Of a DNA stretch of 64,000 nt, positions 26,321 through 40,714 are shown in pieces. The DNA is from Basidiobolus meristosporus CBS 931.73 (lineage: Eukaryota > Fungi > Basidiobolomycota). Made by a program: the position numbers and the translations under genes. The stretch spans positions 70,046-134,045 of the forward strand of contig MCFE01000200.1 in NCBI GenBank assembly GCA_002104905.1, in the 5' to 3' direction. Position 1 is the first letter of the stretch, and the number at the start of each line of letters is the position of its first letter. Below the pieces are notes generated by a model. The model was given only the letters and a program-made list of their open reading frames with translations. It did not search any database and had not been told where the DNA came from.

Positions 26321-26561
26321 ACAGCCACTGTATATTCGTAGTTCGTTGTAATTAGTGTAAATTTGGTCGGGTGAATAAGCATCAATCAAAGCGTCCATGT
26401 CTAGAGTTCTTCCATTTATTTCGGCCATCCTGTGCCCAACATTAGACTGCGTCAACCCGCGTGGTGTATTGTGGAGGAGGGAGAGGGGAGGGGAGGGTTC
26501 GGTCTCCCCGGTGTAAAAGCGACCCACCGATTGGAGGGCGAGGCACGACTGGACAAGAAGT

Positions 26562-28502
26562 CTAGACGTCGTCGTTGTGCTCGGCCCTTTGTTGCTTCAT
26601 GAATTCGGTGACCGCGCCCTGGTAGAGCTCGTCGTTCAGGTTGCGCACCCGTTGGTAGTGGTCGTGGATACGAACCAGCTCGCCCTGAAGGTCGGTGATT
26701 TGGTCGCGCAGATGGTCCTGTGTTCCTTGGCGCTACAAAAATGGTCAACTCGTGGGCAACGAGAGCCGTCCAGATGTACCACCTACCTGTTGTGATTGCA
26801 ATGTGGCGCGGGCGTGCTGCAGGTCCCGTTGATACGGAAGGTTCCACTCCTCGTAGCTAACACTCTTGTCAAGCGCCGCCATGTCCTGTGCAAAGGAAGA
26901 GGTGTTGGTCAATGGGGATGGGTGGCGAAGGTGGGCTCTTCGGAGACGACTTACCTCCTTCGCTCCAGGCAGGTACCGCAGAACCCCTTCGTCCAGTCTC
27001 GCTTCCTGGCTGGATTTCTGGATTCTCTTGAATGGTTGAATCGGGGTTGGAAGCACGGTCGTGCCAGCCATAGTGTTCATAAGATCAGCCGGCTTAAGAA
27101 TAACGGCCACGTTGGTAATCGGGCCTAGTGACGAATCGAAATAAAATCATCCGGTTACTATTGGTTCGATACGAGGAATGCAGTAATTTGCACCTTTGTG
27201 CTGGGTAAAGGATCGGAGCATCTGACGGCTGGTTACGTCCCAGACCATGGCAGACCCATCCTCCGAGCCCGAGATGAGCAGAGTACCGTCAAATGATAAA
27301 GCGAGTGAGTGGGCAGGTTCTCTACGATGAACTGGGGTTAGAGAAGAGTCGACTGCTGCCCAGTAATCCCTCTACTTACGTGTGACCTTTGAAAAGGAGG
27401 CTTGACTCCCCATTGATTCCGGCACTGACCACTGTACCCATGCCTCCGACCGATTCGAATGAGCTGTGGCCTCGGTCGGCCTGGCTTTTGTACATGTTGA
27501 CTTGGTAGATATTCGAATCACCCGTAGCAGCGAACACTCGGGTCTCAGTGATATCCATGGCAACCGCGGAGACAAAAGAGGGGAATAGCAGGGTAGTCAG
27601 CAGGCTTCCACTGGCCAAGTCCCACACCTGCAGCAGAGAAGGGTCAGTCGTTGTTGAGCAAGCCAGTTCGTGTCTCCGTCAGCAACTCACCTTGCATGTG
27701 TGGTCGAGGGAGGAGGTGACAACCCGAGCAAACTTGAGCCCACCGCTTCCGCAATGGATGTCGGTGATTGGGAGGGAATGGTCCGACCAGGAGTAGAGAG
27801 GGGATCTGTTCTGAGCATTGCTCTCATCTATGATGCTTTCGAACGCCGGACGGTTATCACGTGCACAAACCCAGGGGAAAGCCCAACGACACATACCTGT
27901 TCAACAACCAAACATTCACCGCAGAGTCCTCACTGCCGGTGAACAACACGGTATCGTCTTGGGAGAATCGCAGAACGGTGATCTTTTTGTAGTGGGCATC
28001 GAAGGTGCTCAGCAGATTTCCGGTGGATACCTAACCGAAGAAAACCCGGTCAACCACGTGAGGGAGGGGGACCAACCCAACCTAAACGCCGCCACATACC
28101 TCCCATACGTAAATCTTTCCGCTTTCTGTCCCACCCACACAGAAGGTCCCCTTGTTTGTGGTGGCCAGGGTGGTGATTTTTTCGGGGAAGGGGAATTTCA
28201 GGTGGATTTGATCCTAGCATGCGGGAAAGGACAACAACGGTGAATCGCTGGTGAAGCAAAAAACAGGACAGGGTGGAGTCTCTTACTTTGGTCCAGCTGT
28301 ACGCATGCATCAAGGCTTTGTCGTTCTGTGCCGAGAGGACCAACCCCGGACGCCCGTTGCCCAAGGGAGTGTTGGCCAGGGCCAAGGCGTGTGCATTGCA
28401 GGTGCTCTGCTTGAACGAACCCAATACCGTTCCGGACCGGATGTCCCACACGTAGATGTGGGAATCGGTATTGGATGTGGTGATGGCCACTTCGGAGAAC
28501 AT
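26562..28502 (-). CDS. IPI3: WD40 protein IPI3/WDR18-like (Rix1 complex, 60S biogenesis), multi-exon
   Basis: IYVWDIRSG, WSDHSLPITDIHCG, VVTSSLDHTCK.WDLASG and LLFKGHT repeats plus a C-terminal coiled-coil ending ...HNDDV* at 26562. Confidence 0.72.
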
Positions 28503-28686
28503 AACTATCTAACTTTCGAAATTACCTTTGCCGTGGTAACTCCAACAGCGCATGTAGGAGCCCCGTTTTCATGACTGAATTTTTTTCTTTTTTTTGGATT
28601 CTCGATCAATCACCACACCATCCACCGCTGCCAATGCTACTCCCGATCCGACATAATATGGAAATTTATTGAGAAATATCGACCAT

Positions 28687-30375
28687 TTAATTCAGTACTT
28701 CCTTGGCTGATTTGATCAGCGTGTCCAGTGCGATCGCGCTCTCCTCCTTGGTGATGTTCAGCGCAGGAATCAATCGAATGGTGTCGTACACCGATGTCGT
28801 CAAAACCAACATGTCGTTCTGATAGCATTGGCCCGCCACCGCATCGCTGACCTTAGAGTTCAGCTTCTTCTGCAGGCCAGCCAGTCCGTTGCCATAAAAC
28901 TCCACGCCAATCATGAGCCCTAAGCCGCGCACGTCAACCTTGATGTCATGCTGTTGCAATAATGGAACAAGCTCGTTGTTCAGCCGAGAGAAGATCTCTT
29001 TCGAGCGCTCCTGCACGTTTTTCAGGAGATTCTCCTCCTCCATCACCTCCAAGGTGGCGATTGCTGCAGCACAGGAGACGGCGTTTCCTGAGTAGGTGCC
29101 TCCCTACGCAAAAGGTCAGTCACATCGATATTTGGTCCGCTCTACCAACAACGCCTTACCATGGAGCCCGGCGGCTGCTTGTCCATCAACTCCTTGCGAC
29201 TGACGATCCCGGAGATGGGGAATCCAGAGGCAATTCCCTTCGCCATCACCATGATATCCGGCACGACATCCGCGTGCTGGATGGCGAAGTACTTGCCGGT
29301 TCGCCCAAAGCCGCTCTGAACTTCATCAGCGATCAAGAGGATCCCGTGCTTGTCACAGATCTCCCGAACCCTTTGGACATATTCTGGGGAATGCTAGAGA
29401 TCAGCAGCCATCGCGTGCCCCACTTCCATGCAGGAGCTTACCTTTGGGTGGGACTACATAGCCTCCCTCCCCGAGCACCGACTCCATAATCAATGCTGCA
29501 GTGTCTGATGGGGCAGTTTGTTGCTTCAGCAGCAATTCAAGCTGCTCTATGGCGTATTCAATGCACAAGTCGTGACGAAGGGTGTCTTGAGGTACGGCCT
29601 TTTGGGTGGGTGAGTGAAGCGTGTAAGGGAATGGAGTGACGTAAACCCCGGGCTGTGCAGATGGTTAGTATCCGGCCAAGCGAGGGTTAGGATTTCTGGT
29701 AGAATACCATCAATGGGCCGAAGCCTGCGCTGTAGATCGTTTTCGAGGTTGTCAGCGACATGGTCCCAACAGTGCGTCCATGGTAAGAGCCTGTCAGATG
29801 AACTGTCAGTCGGATGGCGGGCATTGTTTCGGAGGGGATAAGGAGTCAACAAACCTTGCATTACGATGATATTGTGCTTCCCGGTCGCGTGTCTAGCGAG
29901 TTTGATAGCCGCTTCCACGGCTTCGGCACCTGAGTTCCAGAAGAAGAAGGTATCCAATTGTTTAGAAGGCATGATGGGCTTCAGTTTCTCAATGAGCTTA
30001 ACCATGGGCTCGTGGAAGAAGAGGTTCACCTACTCTTTCAAGTCAATAAAAGTCTTTCTATGCTACCTGTTATGCTGGTCTTACCTGGCCGTGAACCAGT
30101 TTTCCCACCTGTTCTTGGGCAGCCTTGACAACCTTGGGATGGCAATGACCTTGAGAGAAGACTCAGTACTGCAACAATACCCAGTGAAGACGAATAGAGC
30201 ATAATGTACCGGTGCTTGTTACTCCAATACCAGTGGTCAAATCCAGATACTTTTTCCCTTCGACGGTATAAACATACGAGCCGGAAGCCTTGGAAATGAC
30301 GAGATTGGTGGATCTTCCCACCCCTCTGGCAATATGTTGGAGACCTAGGGTACGTAACGCGTTTGAACTAGCCAT
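28687..30375 (-). CDS. Class-III PLP aminotransferase (4-aminobutyrate aminotransferase GabT/PuuE-like), multi-exon
   Basis: YLDLTTGIGVTSTG, FFWNSGAEAVEAAIKLAR, IADEVQSGFGRTG and DIMVMAKGIASGFP (PLP lysine). Substrate assignment is inference. Confidence 0.85.
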
Positions 30376-31357
30376 GGCTAAAGACGTATTCAGGATTAAG
30401 AGGTGACTTGACTACCTTATAAAGGGCAATACCATCATCGCCTGTAAACTATTTACTAGGACTGCATCACGTCAAATTACGTCGAAGGTGGGACTTTGAA
30501 TGGATGGACCAATGAGTTCTCTTTCTGTGGGTAGAGAATGAATCCCAGACTCCCAGGCAATCTTCACATTCCGATAATTAACGCTCGAAAATGATGCGAT
30601 TCGTCGATCATTGTGACGGCGCAACTAATTTCCTGAACGGAAGCCACTGCCACCGTGTGAGTCATCGACACTTCTCGTCGAGCCAAAGAGGAAAAGGTGA
30701 CAAGTGCATCTAGCCTAAAGAGTAAAGGGGATTGCGCGAGTGAAAAGGCATGTATCGATGAGCCAACAAGACAGAGAGAGTAACGCCTGAATAATGAAGA
30801 GTATATTGATGCTTCCACCCCATTGATTAATGCGACTACTGAAAGGATACGGTACCCATGCTGGTGCCCGACCATTTTCGAACTACACTAAACCCAATCT
30901 ATGAATTGGTGTTAAATTTGTCAATTTTGTCATAATAGTTGTGCTTGATGAGCCAAGTTGGTTAAAGTGATTGGGAACTTGGCGTGTAACATTAGCGGGA
31001 CTCTACTTCACATGCGAAGTCCAAGTGGTTTCATATTCTCGCTGTCCCGGAGTTGTTCGTTGGAATGTACGTCATGCTCCGAGAGGTGACATCTCAATAT
31101 CAACGTAGCAAAAATTAAGTTTGTGCCTTGAATGGGTTGATTGATGGGGTGGTAGCATAAGAGAAAATCAAGATCATAAACAACCATCTGAACTCGGCCG
31201 TTTACGGATTGAGTGAGACTGAAACTTGCCCCCAAAATAGGTCAAGGGATGTCAAGTCCGACAGGCCTTTCGAAACTATTCCACAAACCTTTAAATAGCC
31301 AAAGCTTCGGATGTGACCAACAAGACATTTTCTTCTGTCATTCAATTCGCTGCTAAC

Positions 31358-32947
31358 ATGACTTTCTCCTTGAATTCCACTGCTGGCATCGATGTCAACA
31401 AGCCCATCCTTCGCAACCTCCCCGTTTCCAAGTTGTATGAGCACGCTTTGCAGTACGAAAAGGGCACATATCTCAGCTCTGCTGGTGCCATCATCACTTC
31501 CTCTGGCAAGAAGACCGGAAGAAGCCCAAGCGATAAGCGCATTGTCGAGGAGAAGTCCACCAGCGGTGATATCTGGTGGGGCCCTGTAAACATTCCTTTG
31601 GAGGACCGTGTCTTCAGCATCAACCACGAAAGAGCTGTCGACTACCTCAACACCCGTGAGCGTCTCTATGTTCTCGATGGATTCGCTGGTTGGGATCCCA
31701 AGTACCGCATCAAGGTCAGAGTGATCTGCGCCCGTGCCTACCACGCTCTCTTCATGCGCAACATGCTCATCCGTCCCACTGCGGAGGAGCTCGAGAACTT
31801 TGGTGAGCCTGACTTCACCATCTTCAACGCTGGCCAGTTCCCTGCCAACCGTTACACCTCTGGCATGTCCAGCACCACCTCCGTTGCCATCAGCTTCGAG
31901 CGCAAGGAGTTCGTCATTCTCGGCACCGAGTACGCTGGCGAGATGAAGAAGGGAGTGTTCACCATCATGCACTACCTCATGCCCAAGGCTGGAGTTCTCT
32001 CCCTTCACTCCAGCGCCAACGAAGGACCTGATGGCGATGTGTCCTTGTTCTTCGGATTGTCTGGAACCGGCAAGACCACCTTGTCTGCTGATCCCAGCCG
32101 CTTCTTGATTGGTGATGATGAGCACTGCTGGACCGACAACGGGGTGTTCAACATCGAGGGTGGTTGCTATGCCAAGTGCATTGATCTCTCGGCTGAGAAG
32201 GAGCCCGAGATCTTCAATGCTATCCGCTTCGGCTCAGTGTTGGAGAACGTTGTGTTCGATGAGCACACCAGAGTTGTCGACTACACCGACTCATCTTTGA
32301 CCGAGAACACCCGTTGTGCCTATCCCATTGAGTACATTCCCAACGCCAAGATCCCATGCGTCGGTGGTCACCCCAAGAACATTGTCCTGTTGACCTGTGA
32401 TGCATTCGGAGTGTTGCCCCCAGTGGCCAAGCTCACCTCTGCCCAAGCCATGTACCACTTCATCTCTGGATACACTGCCAAGATTGCCGGTACCGAGGAG
32501 GGAGTCACCGAGCCCCAAGCCACCTTCTCCGCCTGCTTCGGCCAGCCGTTCCTTGTCTGGCATCCAGTCAAGTATGCCTCCATGCTTGCCGAGAAGATGA
32601 AGGAGCACAACACCAACGTGTGGTTGGTGAACACCGGATGGAACGGTGGTGCGTATGGTGTTGGCTCACGCATCTCCCTCAAGTACTCACGTGCCATCAT
32701 TGATGCCATCCACAATGGGGAGCTTGCCCAAGCCGAGTTCGAGAACTACCCCATCTTCAACATTGAGATTCCCAAGAGCGTCAGCAATGTTCCCAGTGAG
32801 GTGCTGAACCCCTCTGCTGCCTGGAAGGGCACCAAGGAGTCCTACGTTGCCACAGTCGAGAAGTTGGCTGGTCTGTTCAACGACAACTTCAAGTTGTACG
32901 CCGATCAAGCTACCCCAGAAATCCTCGCTGCTGGACCACAATTGTAA
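31358..32947 (+). CDS. PCK1: Phosphoenolpyruvate carboxykinase (ATP), copy 1, 529 aa
   Basis: [14 protein letters not shown], kinase-1a [23 protein letters not shown] and ENTR signatures; intronless. Confidence 0.98.
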   Translation: MTFSLNSTAGIDVNKPILRNLPVSKLYEHALQYEKGTYLSSAGAIITSSGKKTGRSPSDKRIVEEKSTSGDIWWGPVNIPLEDRVFSINHERAVDYLNTRERLYVLDGFAGWDPKYRIKVRVICARAYHALFMRNMLIRPTAEELENFGEPDFTIFNAGQFPANRYTSGMSSTTSVAISFERKEFVILGTEYAGEMKKGVFTIMHYLMPKAGVLSLHSSANEGPDGDVSLFFGLSGTGKTTLSADPSRFLIGDDEHCWTDNGVFNIEGGCYAKCIDLSAEKEPEIFNAIRFGSVLENVVFDEHTRVVDYTDSSLTENTRCAYPIEYIPNAKIPCVGGHPKNIVLLTCDAFGVLPPVAKLTSAQAMYHFISGYTAKIAGTEEGVTEPQATFSACFGQPFLVWHPVKYASMLAEKMKEHNTNVWLVNTGWNGGAYGVGSRISLKYSRAIIDAIHNGELAQAEFENYPIFNIEIPKSVSNVPSEVLNPSAAWKGTKESYVATVEKLAGLFNDNFKLYADQATPEILAAGPQL

Positions 32948-33537
32948 AGAGTCTCTGGAAAATTCTTTTCAAATTACCGACTTATTTCAAAGTCCAATCA
33001 CCCAAATTTTGTACACACTCCACACCTGTTCACTAATCCACGGTATTCACCCAAATTGCATTAAAATTGAATCGCCATTAATCCAAAGCAATAAATTTCA
33101 CCATTCTGAAGAATAAGGTAATAAGATAAAATTGCAATTGATCTAGCAAAACGCAGAAGCCGGTTAATGAGGAATCACCGCTACATATAGAGTAACCAAA
33201 TTCCACACCGTAACATTCACGCCAAACCATGAGCGCGGCTGATGAACCGGATTTCTTGATTGATCAAATGAGTGATTGCCATCAGAATGGTGCGGAGAAT
33301 ATTGTGACAAATCTAGGTCTAAAAAAAATTGTGAGACTTGTATAAATAATCAAGATCTGAAATAAACATCTATATTCGGTCAGTTGCGGGTGGTTCCTAA
33401 GTGAAACCGCTCCCCAAAGCTGGAATCCATCTGTCAGGTTTGAGGAAAGTATACTCATTTGTGTGAAACACACTAGCAGATAAATAGAACGGGCATAGCT
33501 TACACCACACTACACATTCGGTGTTTCTGCTCCAAAT

Positions 33538-35127
33538 ATGGTTTTCTCTTTAAATCCCGCTTCTGGCATTGATGTCAACAAGCCCATCCTACGCAACCTC
33601 CCCGTTTCCAAGTTGTATGAGCACGCTTTGCAATACGAAAAGGGCACATATCTCAGCTCTGCTGGTGCCATCATCACTTCCTCTGGAAAGAAGACCGGAA
33701 GAAGCCCAAGCGATAAGCGCATTGTCGAGGAGAAGTCCACCAGCGGTGATATCTGGTGGGGCCCTGTGAACATTCCTTTGGAGGACCGTGTCTTCAGCAT
33801 CAACCACGAAAGAGCGGTCGACTACCTCAACACCCGTGAGCGTCTCTATGTTCTCGATGGATTCGCAGGTTGGGATCCCAAGTACCGCATCAAGGTCAGA
33901 GTGATCTGCGCCCGTGCCTACCACGCTCTCTTCATGCGCAACATGCTCATCCGTCCCACTGCGGAGGAGCTCGAGAACTTTGGTGAGCCTGACTTCACCA
34001 TCTTCAACGCTGGCCAGTTCCCTGCCAACCGTTACACCTCTGGCATGTCCAGCACCACCTCCGTTGCCATCAGCTTCGAGCGCAAGGAGTTCGTCATTCT
34101 CGGCACCGAGTACGCTGGCGAGATGAAGAAGGGAGTGTTCACCATCATGCACTACCTCATGCCCAAGGCTGGAGTTCTCTCCCTTCACTCCAGCGCCAAC
34201 GAAGGGCCTGATGGCGATGTGTCCTTGTTCTTCGGATTGTCTGGAACCGGCAAGACCACCCTGTCTGCTGATCCCAGCCGCTTCTTGATTGGTGATGATG
34301 AGCACTGCTGGACCGACAACGGGGTGTTCAACATCGAGGGTGGTTGCTATGCCAAGTGCATTGATCTCTCGGCTGAGAAGGAGCCCGAGATCTTCAATGC
34401 TATCCGCTTCGGCTCAGTGTTGGAGAACGTTGTGTTCGATGAGCACACCAGAGTTGTCGACTACACCGACTCATCTTTGACCGAGAACACCCGTTGTGCC
34501 TATCCCATTGAGTACATTCCCAACGCCAAGATCCCATGCGTCGGCGGTCACCCCAAGAACATTGTCCTGTTGACCTGTGACGCATTCGGAGTGTTGCCCC
34601 CAGTGGCCAAGCTCACCTCTGCCCAAGCCATGTACCACTTCATCTCTGGATACACTGCCAAGATTGCCGGTACCGAGGAGGGAGTCACCGAGCCCCAAGC
34701 CACCTTCTCTGCCTGCTTCGGCCAGCCGTTCCTTGTCTGGCATCCAGTCAAGTATGCCTCCATGCTTGCCGAGAAGATGAAGGAGCACAACACCAACGTG
34801 TGGTTGGTGAACACCGGATGGAACGGTGGTGCGTATGGTGTTGGCTCACGCATCTCCCTCAAGTACTCACGTGCCATCATTGATGCCATCCACAATGGAG
34901 AGCTTGCCCAAGCCGAGTTCGAGAACTACCCCATCTTCAACATTGAGATTCCCAAGAGTGTCAGCAGTGTTCCCAGTGAGGTGCTGAACCCCTCCGCCTC
35001 CTGGAAGGGTACCAAGGAGTCCTATGTTGCCACAGTCGAGAAGTTGGCTGGTCTGTTCAACGACAACTTCAAGTTGTACGCCGATCAAGCTACTCCTGAA
35101 ATTATCGCCGCCGGACCACAGTTATAA
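33538..35127 (+). CDS. PCK1: PEP carboxykinase (ATP), copy 2
   Basis: Same signatures; 1590 nt; intact. Confidence 0.98.
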   Translation: MVFSLNPASGIDVNKPILRNLPVSKLYEHALQYEKGTYLSSAGAIITSSGKKTGRSPSDKRIVEEKSTSGDIWWGPVNIPLEDRVFSINHERAVDYLNTRERLYVLDGFAGWDPKYRIKVRVICARAYHALFMRNMLIRPTAEELENFGEPDFTIFNAGQFPANRYTSGMSSTTSVAISFERKEFVILGTEYAGEMKKGVFTIMHYLMPKAGVLSLHSSANEGPDGDVSLFFGLSGTGKTTLSADPSRFLIGDDEHCWTDNGVFNIEGGCYAKCIDLSAEKEPEIFNAIRFGSVLENVVFDEHTRVVDYTDSSLTENTRCAYPIEYIPNAKIPCVGGHPKNIVLLTCDAFGVLPPVAKLTSAQAMYHFISGYTAKIAGTEEGVTEPQATFSACFGQPFLVWHPVKYASMLAEKMKEHNTNVWLVNTGWNGGAYGVGSRISLKYSRAIIDAIHNGELAQAEFENYPIFNIEIPKSVSSVPSEVLNPSASWKGTKESYVATVEKLAGLFNDNFKLYADQATPEIIAAGPQL

Positions 35128-35724
35128 CTACTAATAGCATAAAAGTACACATCGATATGTACCCACAATCTGCATTCATCATTAACATCACAGCTGCGCC
35201 TTGTACAAACTGTCATAATAATGCGATATTTCTAACGTCTTACGCAATAAAATCATGCTGAAAATCAACCTATCTGCGATGTGCCTTTAACGGACCGTTT
35301 ATAAGCTTAACAACTTCGTTGATATCCAGCTTCGAAAGATAATCGCGAAAAATGCCTTTCTTCATATTAGCTCCATTTGTCGAAATTCCTGTTTGCGTAA
35401 GTGTGTGCTCTACGGCTACACGTTGCAAACAATGATCACTTCGGTGAATGGCGGTGGATCTGACGTATTCCAATCGCCAGCCAATATTGTACTACAGGAT
35501 ATTTTGTGGGAATATCCCAGGCATGATCAAGATCGCTTATTTCTACATTTAGGGTCGGCCGTTTACGGAATGCCTGGAGTGAAACACCACCCCAAAGTTG
35601 GATGCACTCTGTCAAGTCCGACTGGAATGTAGGACATACGTGAGGAACGTCGAGGGATAAATAGCCAACGCTTCGGATGTTACCAGCAAGACATTCACTC
35701 CTGTCATTCATTCCCCCTCTCAAG

Positions 35725-37314
35725 ATGGCTTTCTCTTTGAATCCCGCTTCTGGCATTGATGTCAACAAGCCTGTCCTCCGCAACCTTCCCGTTTCCAAGT
35801 TGTATGAGCACGCTTTGCAATACGAAAAGGGCACATATCTCAGCTCTGCTGGTGCCATCATCACTTCCTCTGGCAAGAAGACCGGAAGAAGCCCAAGCGA
35901 TAAGCGCATTGTCGAGGAGAAGTCCACAAGCGGTGATATCTGGTGGGGCCCTGTGAACATTCCTTTGGAGGACCGCGTCTTCAGCATCAACCACGAAAGA
36001 GCTGTCGACTACCTCAATACCCGTGAGCGTCTCTATGTTCTCGATGGATTCGCTGGTTGGGATCCAAAGTACCGCATCAAGGTCAGAGTGATCTGCGCCC
36101 GTGCCTACCACGCTCTCTTCATGCGCAACATGCTCATCCGTCCCACTGCGGAGGAGCTCGAGAACTTTGGTGAGCCCGACTTCACCATCTACAACGCTGG
36201 CCAGTTCCCTGCCAACCGTTACACCTCTGGCATGTCCAGCACCACCTCCGTTGCCATCAGCTTCGAGCGCAAGGAGTTCGTCATTCTCGGCACCGAGTAC
36301 GCTGGTGAAATGAAGAAGGGAGTGTTCACCATCATGCACTACCTCATGCCCAAGGCTGGAGTTCTCTCCCTTCACTCCAGCGCCAACGAAGGGCCTGCTG
36401 GTGATGTGTCCTTGTTCTTCGGGTTGTCTGGAACCGGCAAGACCACCCTGTCTGCTGATCCCAGCCGCTTCTTGATTGGTGATGATGAGCACTGCTGGAC
36501 CGACAACGGAGTGTTCAACATCGAGGGTGGTTGCTATGCCAAGTGCATTGATCTCTCGGCTGAGAAGGAGCCCGAGATCTTCAATGCCATCCGCTTCGGC
36601 TCAGTGTTGGAGAACGTGGTGTTCGATGAGCACACCAGAGTTGTCGACTACACCGACTCATCTTTGACCGAGAACACCCGTTGTGCCTATCCCATTGAGT
36701 ACATTCCCAACGCCAAGATCCCATGCGTCGGTGGTCACCCCAAGAACATTGTCCTGTTGACCTGTGATGCATTCGGAGTGTTGCCCCCAGTGGCCAAGCT
36801 CACCTCTGCCCAAGCCATGTACCACTTCATCTCTGGATACACTGCCAAGATTGCCGGTACCGAGGAGGGAGTCACCGAGCCCCAAGCCACCTTCTCCGCC
36901 TGCTTCGGCCAGCCGTTCCTTGTCTGGCATCCAGTCAAGTATGCCTCCATGCTTGCCGAGAAGATGAAGGAGCACAACACCAACGTGTGGTTGGTGAACA
37001 CCGGATGGAACGGTGGTGCCTATGGTGTTGGCTCACGCATCTCCCTCAAGTACTCACGTGCCATCATTGATGCCATCCACAATGGAGAGCTTGCCCAAGC
37101 CGAGTTCGAGAACTACCCCATCTTCAACATTGAGATTCCCAAGAGCGTCAGCAATGTTCCCAGTGAGGTGTTGAACCCCTCTGCCTCCTGGAAGGGCACC
37201 AAGGAGTCCTATGTTGCCACAGTCGAGAAGCTGGCTGGTCTGTTCAACGACAACTTCAAGTTGTATGCCGATCAAGCGACTCCTGAAATCATCGCTGCTG
37301 GCCCACAATTGTAA
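35725..37314 (+). CDS. PCK1: PEP carboxykinase (ATP), copy 3
   Basis: Same signatures; ATG at 35725 gives 1590 nt. Confidence 0.98.
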   Translation: MAFSLNPASGIDVNKPVLRNLPVSKLYEHALQYEKGTYLSSAGAIITSSGKKTGRSPSDKRIVEEKSTSGDIWWGPVNIPLEDRVFSINHERAVDYLNTRERLYVLDGFAGWDPKYRIKVRVICARAYHALFMRNMLIRPTAEELENFGEPDFTIYNAGQFPANRYTSGMSSTTSVAISFERKEFVILGTEYAGEMKKGVFTIMHYLMPKAGVLSLHSSANEGPAGDVSLFFGLSGTGKTTLSADPSRFLIGDDEHCWTDNGVFNIEGGCYAKCIDLSAEKEPEIFNAIRFGSVLENVVFDEHTRVVDYTDSSLTENTRCAYPIEYIPNAKIPCVGGHPKNIVLLTCDAFGVLPPVAKLTSAQAMYHFISGYTAKIAGTEEGVTEPQATFSACFGQPFLVWHPVKYASMLAEKMKEHNTNVWLVNTGWNGGAYGVGSRISLKYSRAIIDAIHNGELAQAEFENYPIFNIEIPKSVSNVPSEVLNPSASWKGTKESYVATVEKLAGLFNDNFKLYADQATPEIIAAGPQL

Positions 37315-38425
37315 ATTTCCACCATCACTGTAGCATCTCTTAACCCTTGCATCCCTACCTCACGTGAGCAATTTTGAATAAAACCATCCAATGCATTAAA
37401 CCTCAATTCACTTCTGTTCCTTATGTTTGGCTTCATTGAGAGCTTTGTTTGTCTACTCGGTTTGGAAGTGTTGACGAAATCCCAGGTTGTTGCAATCCTG
37501 GTCTGACCAATGATTAAAATGATTTCCTCTGCGTTGCAGTTTACCGAATTAATACTCGATCGGAGTTTCAGAAGTTTGCTGATTAGCGGATCCGTCAGTT
37601 GACCGACTTGGCGGATTGTGGTTTGCATGATTCGTACATTACGGCCGGCAAGGTGATAGCGGCGGGGTGATAGTAAACGGAACCGGTGTGCCTGATCGGG
37701 AGCTTGAAAGAACCCGTCACGCAATGCATGTGAACGCATGAATGGGAGATGCTTGATAGGTATGGGTAGCCAGCGGGATTCCCCGACTGTAGCTCATCTG
37801 GTACCTTTTCACGATCCCGGAGAACAACAACCACTTGTCACTTCGGTGGTGATCCATCCATTTGACAGCATTACTCGTACGACATCATGGAGCCACTTCC
37901 CAATGCGTAAGTCGCTTTGATTTGCGAGGTGGGATGGTAGTCATGAATATCACTGCATCCGCACTGAATGATCCAATTACTGTGCTGTTGGGTGCAGGCC
38001 GGAAATGGAACCACCAGTGATAGTGAGCCCGATCCTCACGCTGTACAGTACATCGCCATGGCTAATGGAATTTATTAGCCTAGGAGCTGAGACACGGAGC
38101 ATTACGGAGATGAGGGCCCATTCCAAATACGGGATTCCCGATGGTTAGTTCAATTCGCAGTTACACCATTGGCCCACCTAGTGAATGTGTTTCACAGAAT
38201 ATGGAGAATGGGAGCCTGCTCCCTCCTGAATCTAATGAAACGACCGTAAACCCGTAATGACGCAGAACGATGTTAACCGTGGTGTAATACAGCCTACAAT
38301 CTGAACGAATTGGTCACTAATCTGAGACAACCACCCAAACGATGGAGGACCTCTGGTGCGATGATATAAGGGTTGAATTGCGTTACCGCTTTCCACATCC
38401 GCTGCCAATTCTCTTTCCTCCAAAA

Positions 38426-40015
38426 ATGGCGTTCACTTTAAACCCTGCCTCTGGTATCGATATTTCTAAGCCAGTCTTGCGAAACCTTCCAGTCTCCAAG
38501 CTGTACGAGCATGCTTTACAATACGAGAAGGGAACCTCTCTCAGTTCAGCTGGCGCCATCATCACTTCCTCTGGCAAGAAGACCGGAAGAAGCCCAAGCG
38601 ACAAGCGCATTGTCGAGGAGAAGTCCACAAGCGGTGATATCTGGTGGGGCCCTGTGAACATTCCTATGGAGGACCGCGTCTTCAGCATCAACCACGAAAG
38701 AGCTGTTGACTACCTCAACACCCGTGAGCGTCTCTATGTTCTCGATGGATTCGCTGGTTGGGATCCCAAGTACCGCATCAAGGTCAGAGTGATCTGCGCC
38801 CGTGCCTACCACGCTCTCTTCATGCGCAACATGCTCATCCGTCCCACTGCGGAGGAGCTCGAGAACTTTGGTGAGCCCGACTTCACCATCTACAACGCTG
38901 GCCAGTTCCCTGCCAACCGTTACACCTCTGGCATGTCCAGTGCCACCTCCGTTGCCATCAGCTTCGAGCGCAAGGAGTTCGTCATTCTCGGCACCGAGTA
39001 CGCTGGCGAGATGAAGAAGGGAGTGTTCACCATCATGCACTACCTCATGCCCAAGGCCGGAGTTCTCTCTCTTCACTCCAGCGCCAACGAAGGGCCTGAT
39101 GGCGATGTGTCCTTGTTCTTCGGGTTGTCTGGAACCGGCAAGACCACCCTGTCTGCTGATCCCAGCCGCTTCTTGATTGGTGATGATGAGCACTGCTGGA
39201 CCGACAACGGGGTGTTCAACATCGAGGGTGGTTGCTATGCCAAGTGCATTGATCTCTCGGCTGAGAAGGAGCCCGAGATCTTCAATGCCATCCGCTTCGG
39301 CTCAGTGTTGGAGAACGTTGTGTTCGATGAGCACACCAGAGTTGTCGACTACACCGACTCATCTTTGACCGAGAACACCCGTTGTGCCTATCCCATTGAG
39401 TACATTCCCAACGCCAAGATCCCATGCGTCGGTGGTCACCCCAAGAACATTGTCCTGTTGACCTGTGACGCATTCGGAGTGTTGCCCCCAGTGGCCAAGC
39501 TCACCTCTGCTCAAGCCATGTACCACTTCATCTCTGGATACACTGCCAAGATTGCCGGTACCGAGGAGGGAGTCACCGAGCCCCAAGCCACCTTCTCCGC
39601 CTGCTTCGGCCAGCCGTTCCTTGTCTGGCATCCAGTCAAGTATGCCTCCATGCTTGCCGAGAAGATGAAGGAGCACAACACCAACGTGTGGTTGGTGAAC
39701 ACCGGATGGAACGGTGGTGCGTATGGTGTTGGCTCACGCATCTCCCTCAAGTACTCACGTGCCATCATTGATGCCATCCACAGTGGAGAGCTTGCCCAAG
39801 CCGAGTTCGAGAACTACCCCATCTTCAACATCGAGATTCCCAAGAGTGTCAGCAATGTTCCCAGTGAGGTGCTGAACCCCTCCGCTGCCTGGAAGGGCAC
39901 TAAGGAGTCCTACGACGCTACCGTCGAGAAGTTGGCTGGTCTGTTCAACGAGAACTTCGAATTGTACGCCGATCAAGCTACTGCAGAAATCGCAGCTGCT
40001 GGACCCAAAATCTAA
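38426..40015 (+). CDS. PCK1: PEP carboxykinase (ATP), copy 4
   Basis: Same signatures; ATG at 38426 gives 1590 nt; variant C-terminus (ENFEL...GPKI). Confidence 0.98.
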   Translation: MAFTLNPASGIDISKPVLRNLPVSKLYEHALQYEKGTSLSSAGAIITSSGKKTGRSPSDKRIVEEKSTSGDIWWGPVNIPMEDRVFSINHERAVDYLNTRERLYVLDGFAGWDPKYRIKVRVICARAYHALFMRNMLIRPTAEELENFGEPDFTIYNAGQFPANRYTSGMSSATSVAISFERKEFVILGTEYAGEMKKGVFTIMHYLMPKAGVLSLHSSANEGPDGDVSLFFGLSGTGKTTLSADPSRFLIGDDEHCWTDNGVFNIEGGCYAKCIDLSAEKEPEIFNAIRFGSVLENVVFDEHTRVVDYTDSSLTENTRCAYPIEYIPNAKIPCVGGHPKNIVLLTCDAFGVLPPVAKLTSAQAMYHFISGYTAKIAGTEEGVTEPQATFSACFGQPFLVWHPVKYASMLAEKMKEHNTNVWLVNTGWNGGAYGVGSRISLKYSRAIIDAIHSGELAQAEFENYPIFNIEIPKSVSNVPSEVLNPSAAWKGTKESYDATVEKLAGLFNENFELYADQATAEIAAAGPKI

Positions 40016-40714
40016 ATTCAAAACCGAATTACTATTTATGAGCATTCTTTTAAATCTCCTACTCCACCCATTTGTATAGTACAATAACAATTCAAGTGTA
40101 ATAAATCGAATCAATCCACAAACCAATCCAACCGCGACCAATTTAAATCGGCGAGTACGTATGCATATTTCGGGATTCACCAGCTAATTTTAGCCAACCT
40201 CTGCCCTTCGCGCGATTGGCCGAGTATATAGCAGAGATTCAAAGCTCATCTATGTAGAGGTTGGAGCATTTCCTAGATAATCAATGAGCAAACATTTGGA
40301 TCCAATGATTCCCTTCAGACGACTTCAAATGGCCTGACAACTCTCCACAATGAATTTCCGTACTTGTAGGTGGTGCAAATTCCCATTTTCGATAGCCACC
40401 GACAACTCAATTATGATGTACGAGGTCCAAATCCATCGAATGTGTCAGATTTGATCCTCAGAGTGAAACACGGGAGATATCGTATTGAATACGGGTGATT
40501 CAAAAAAAGATTGGATTGCTCAATAATATGTGGGGATTTGTCCAGTTCGGCATAGTGCAAACCCAACGGATTCATCAATTTTCCAACTAAGGCAAGTGTT
40601 ACAAGTCCAGTTTAGACCCAAGCATCAACGTAACGGACATCCACTTCACTTGCACTCCACTATAAAATAGAACAGGAAATGAACATATCCTTCAGCCCTC
40701 TATACTCTTTAGCC

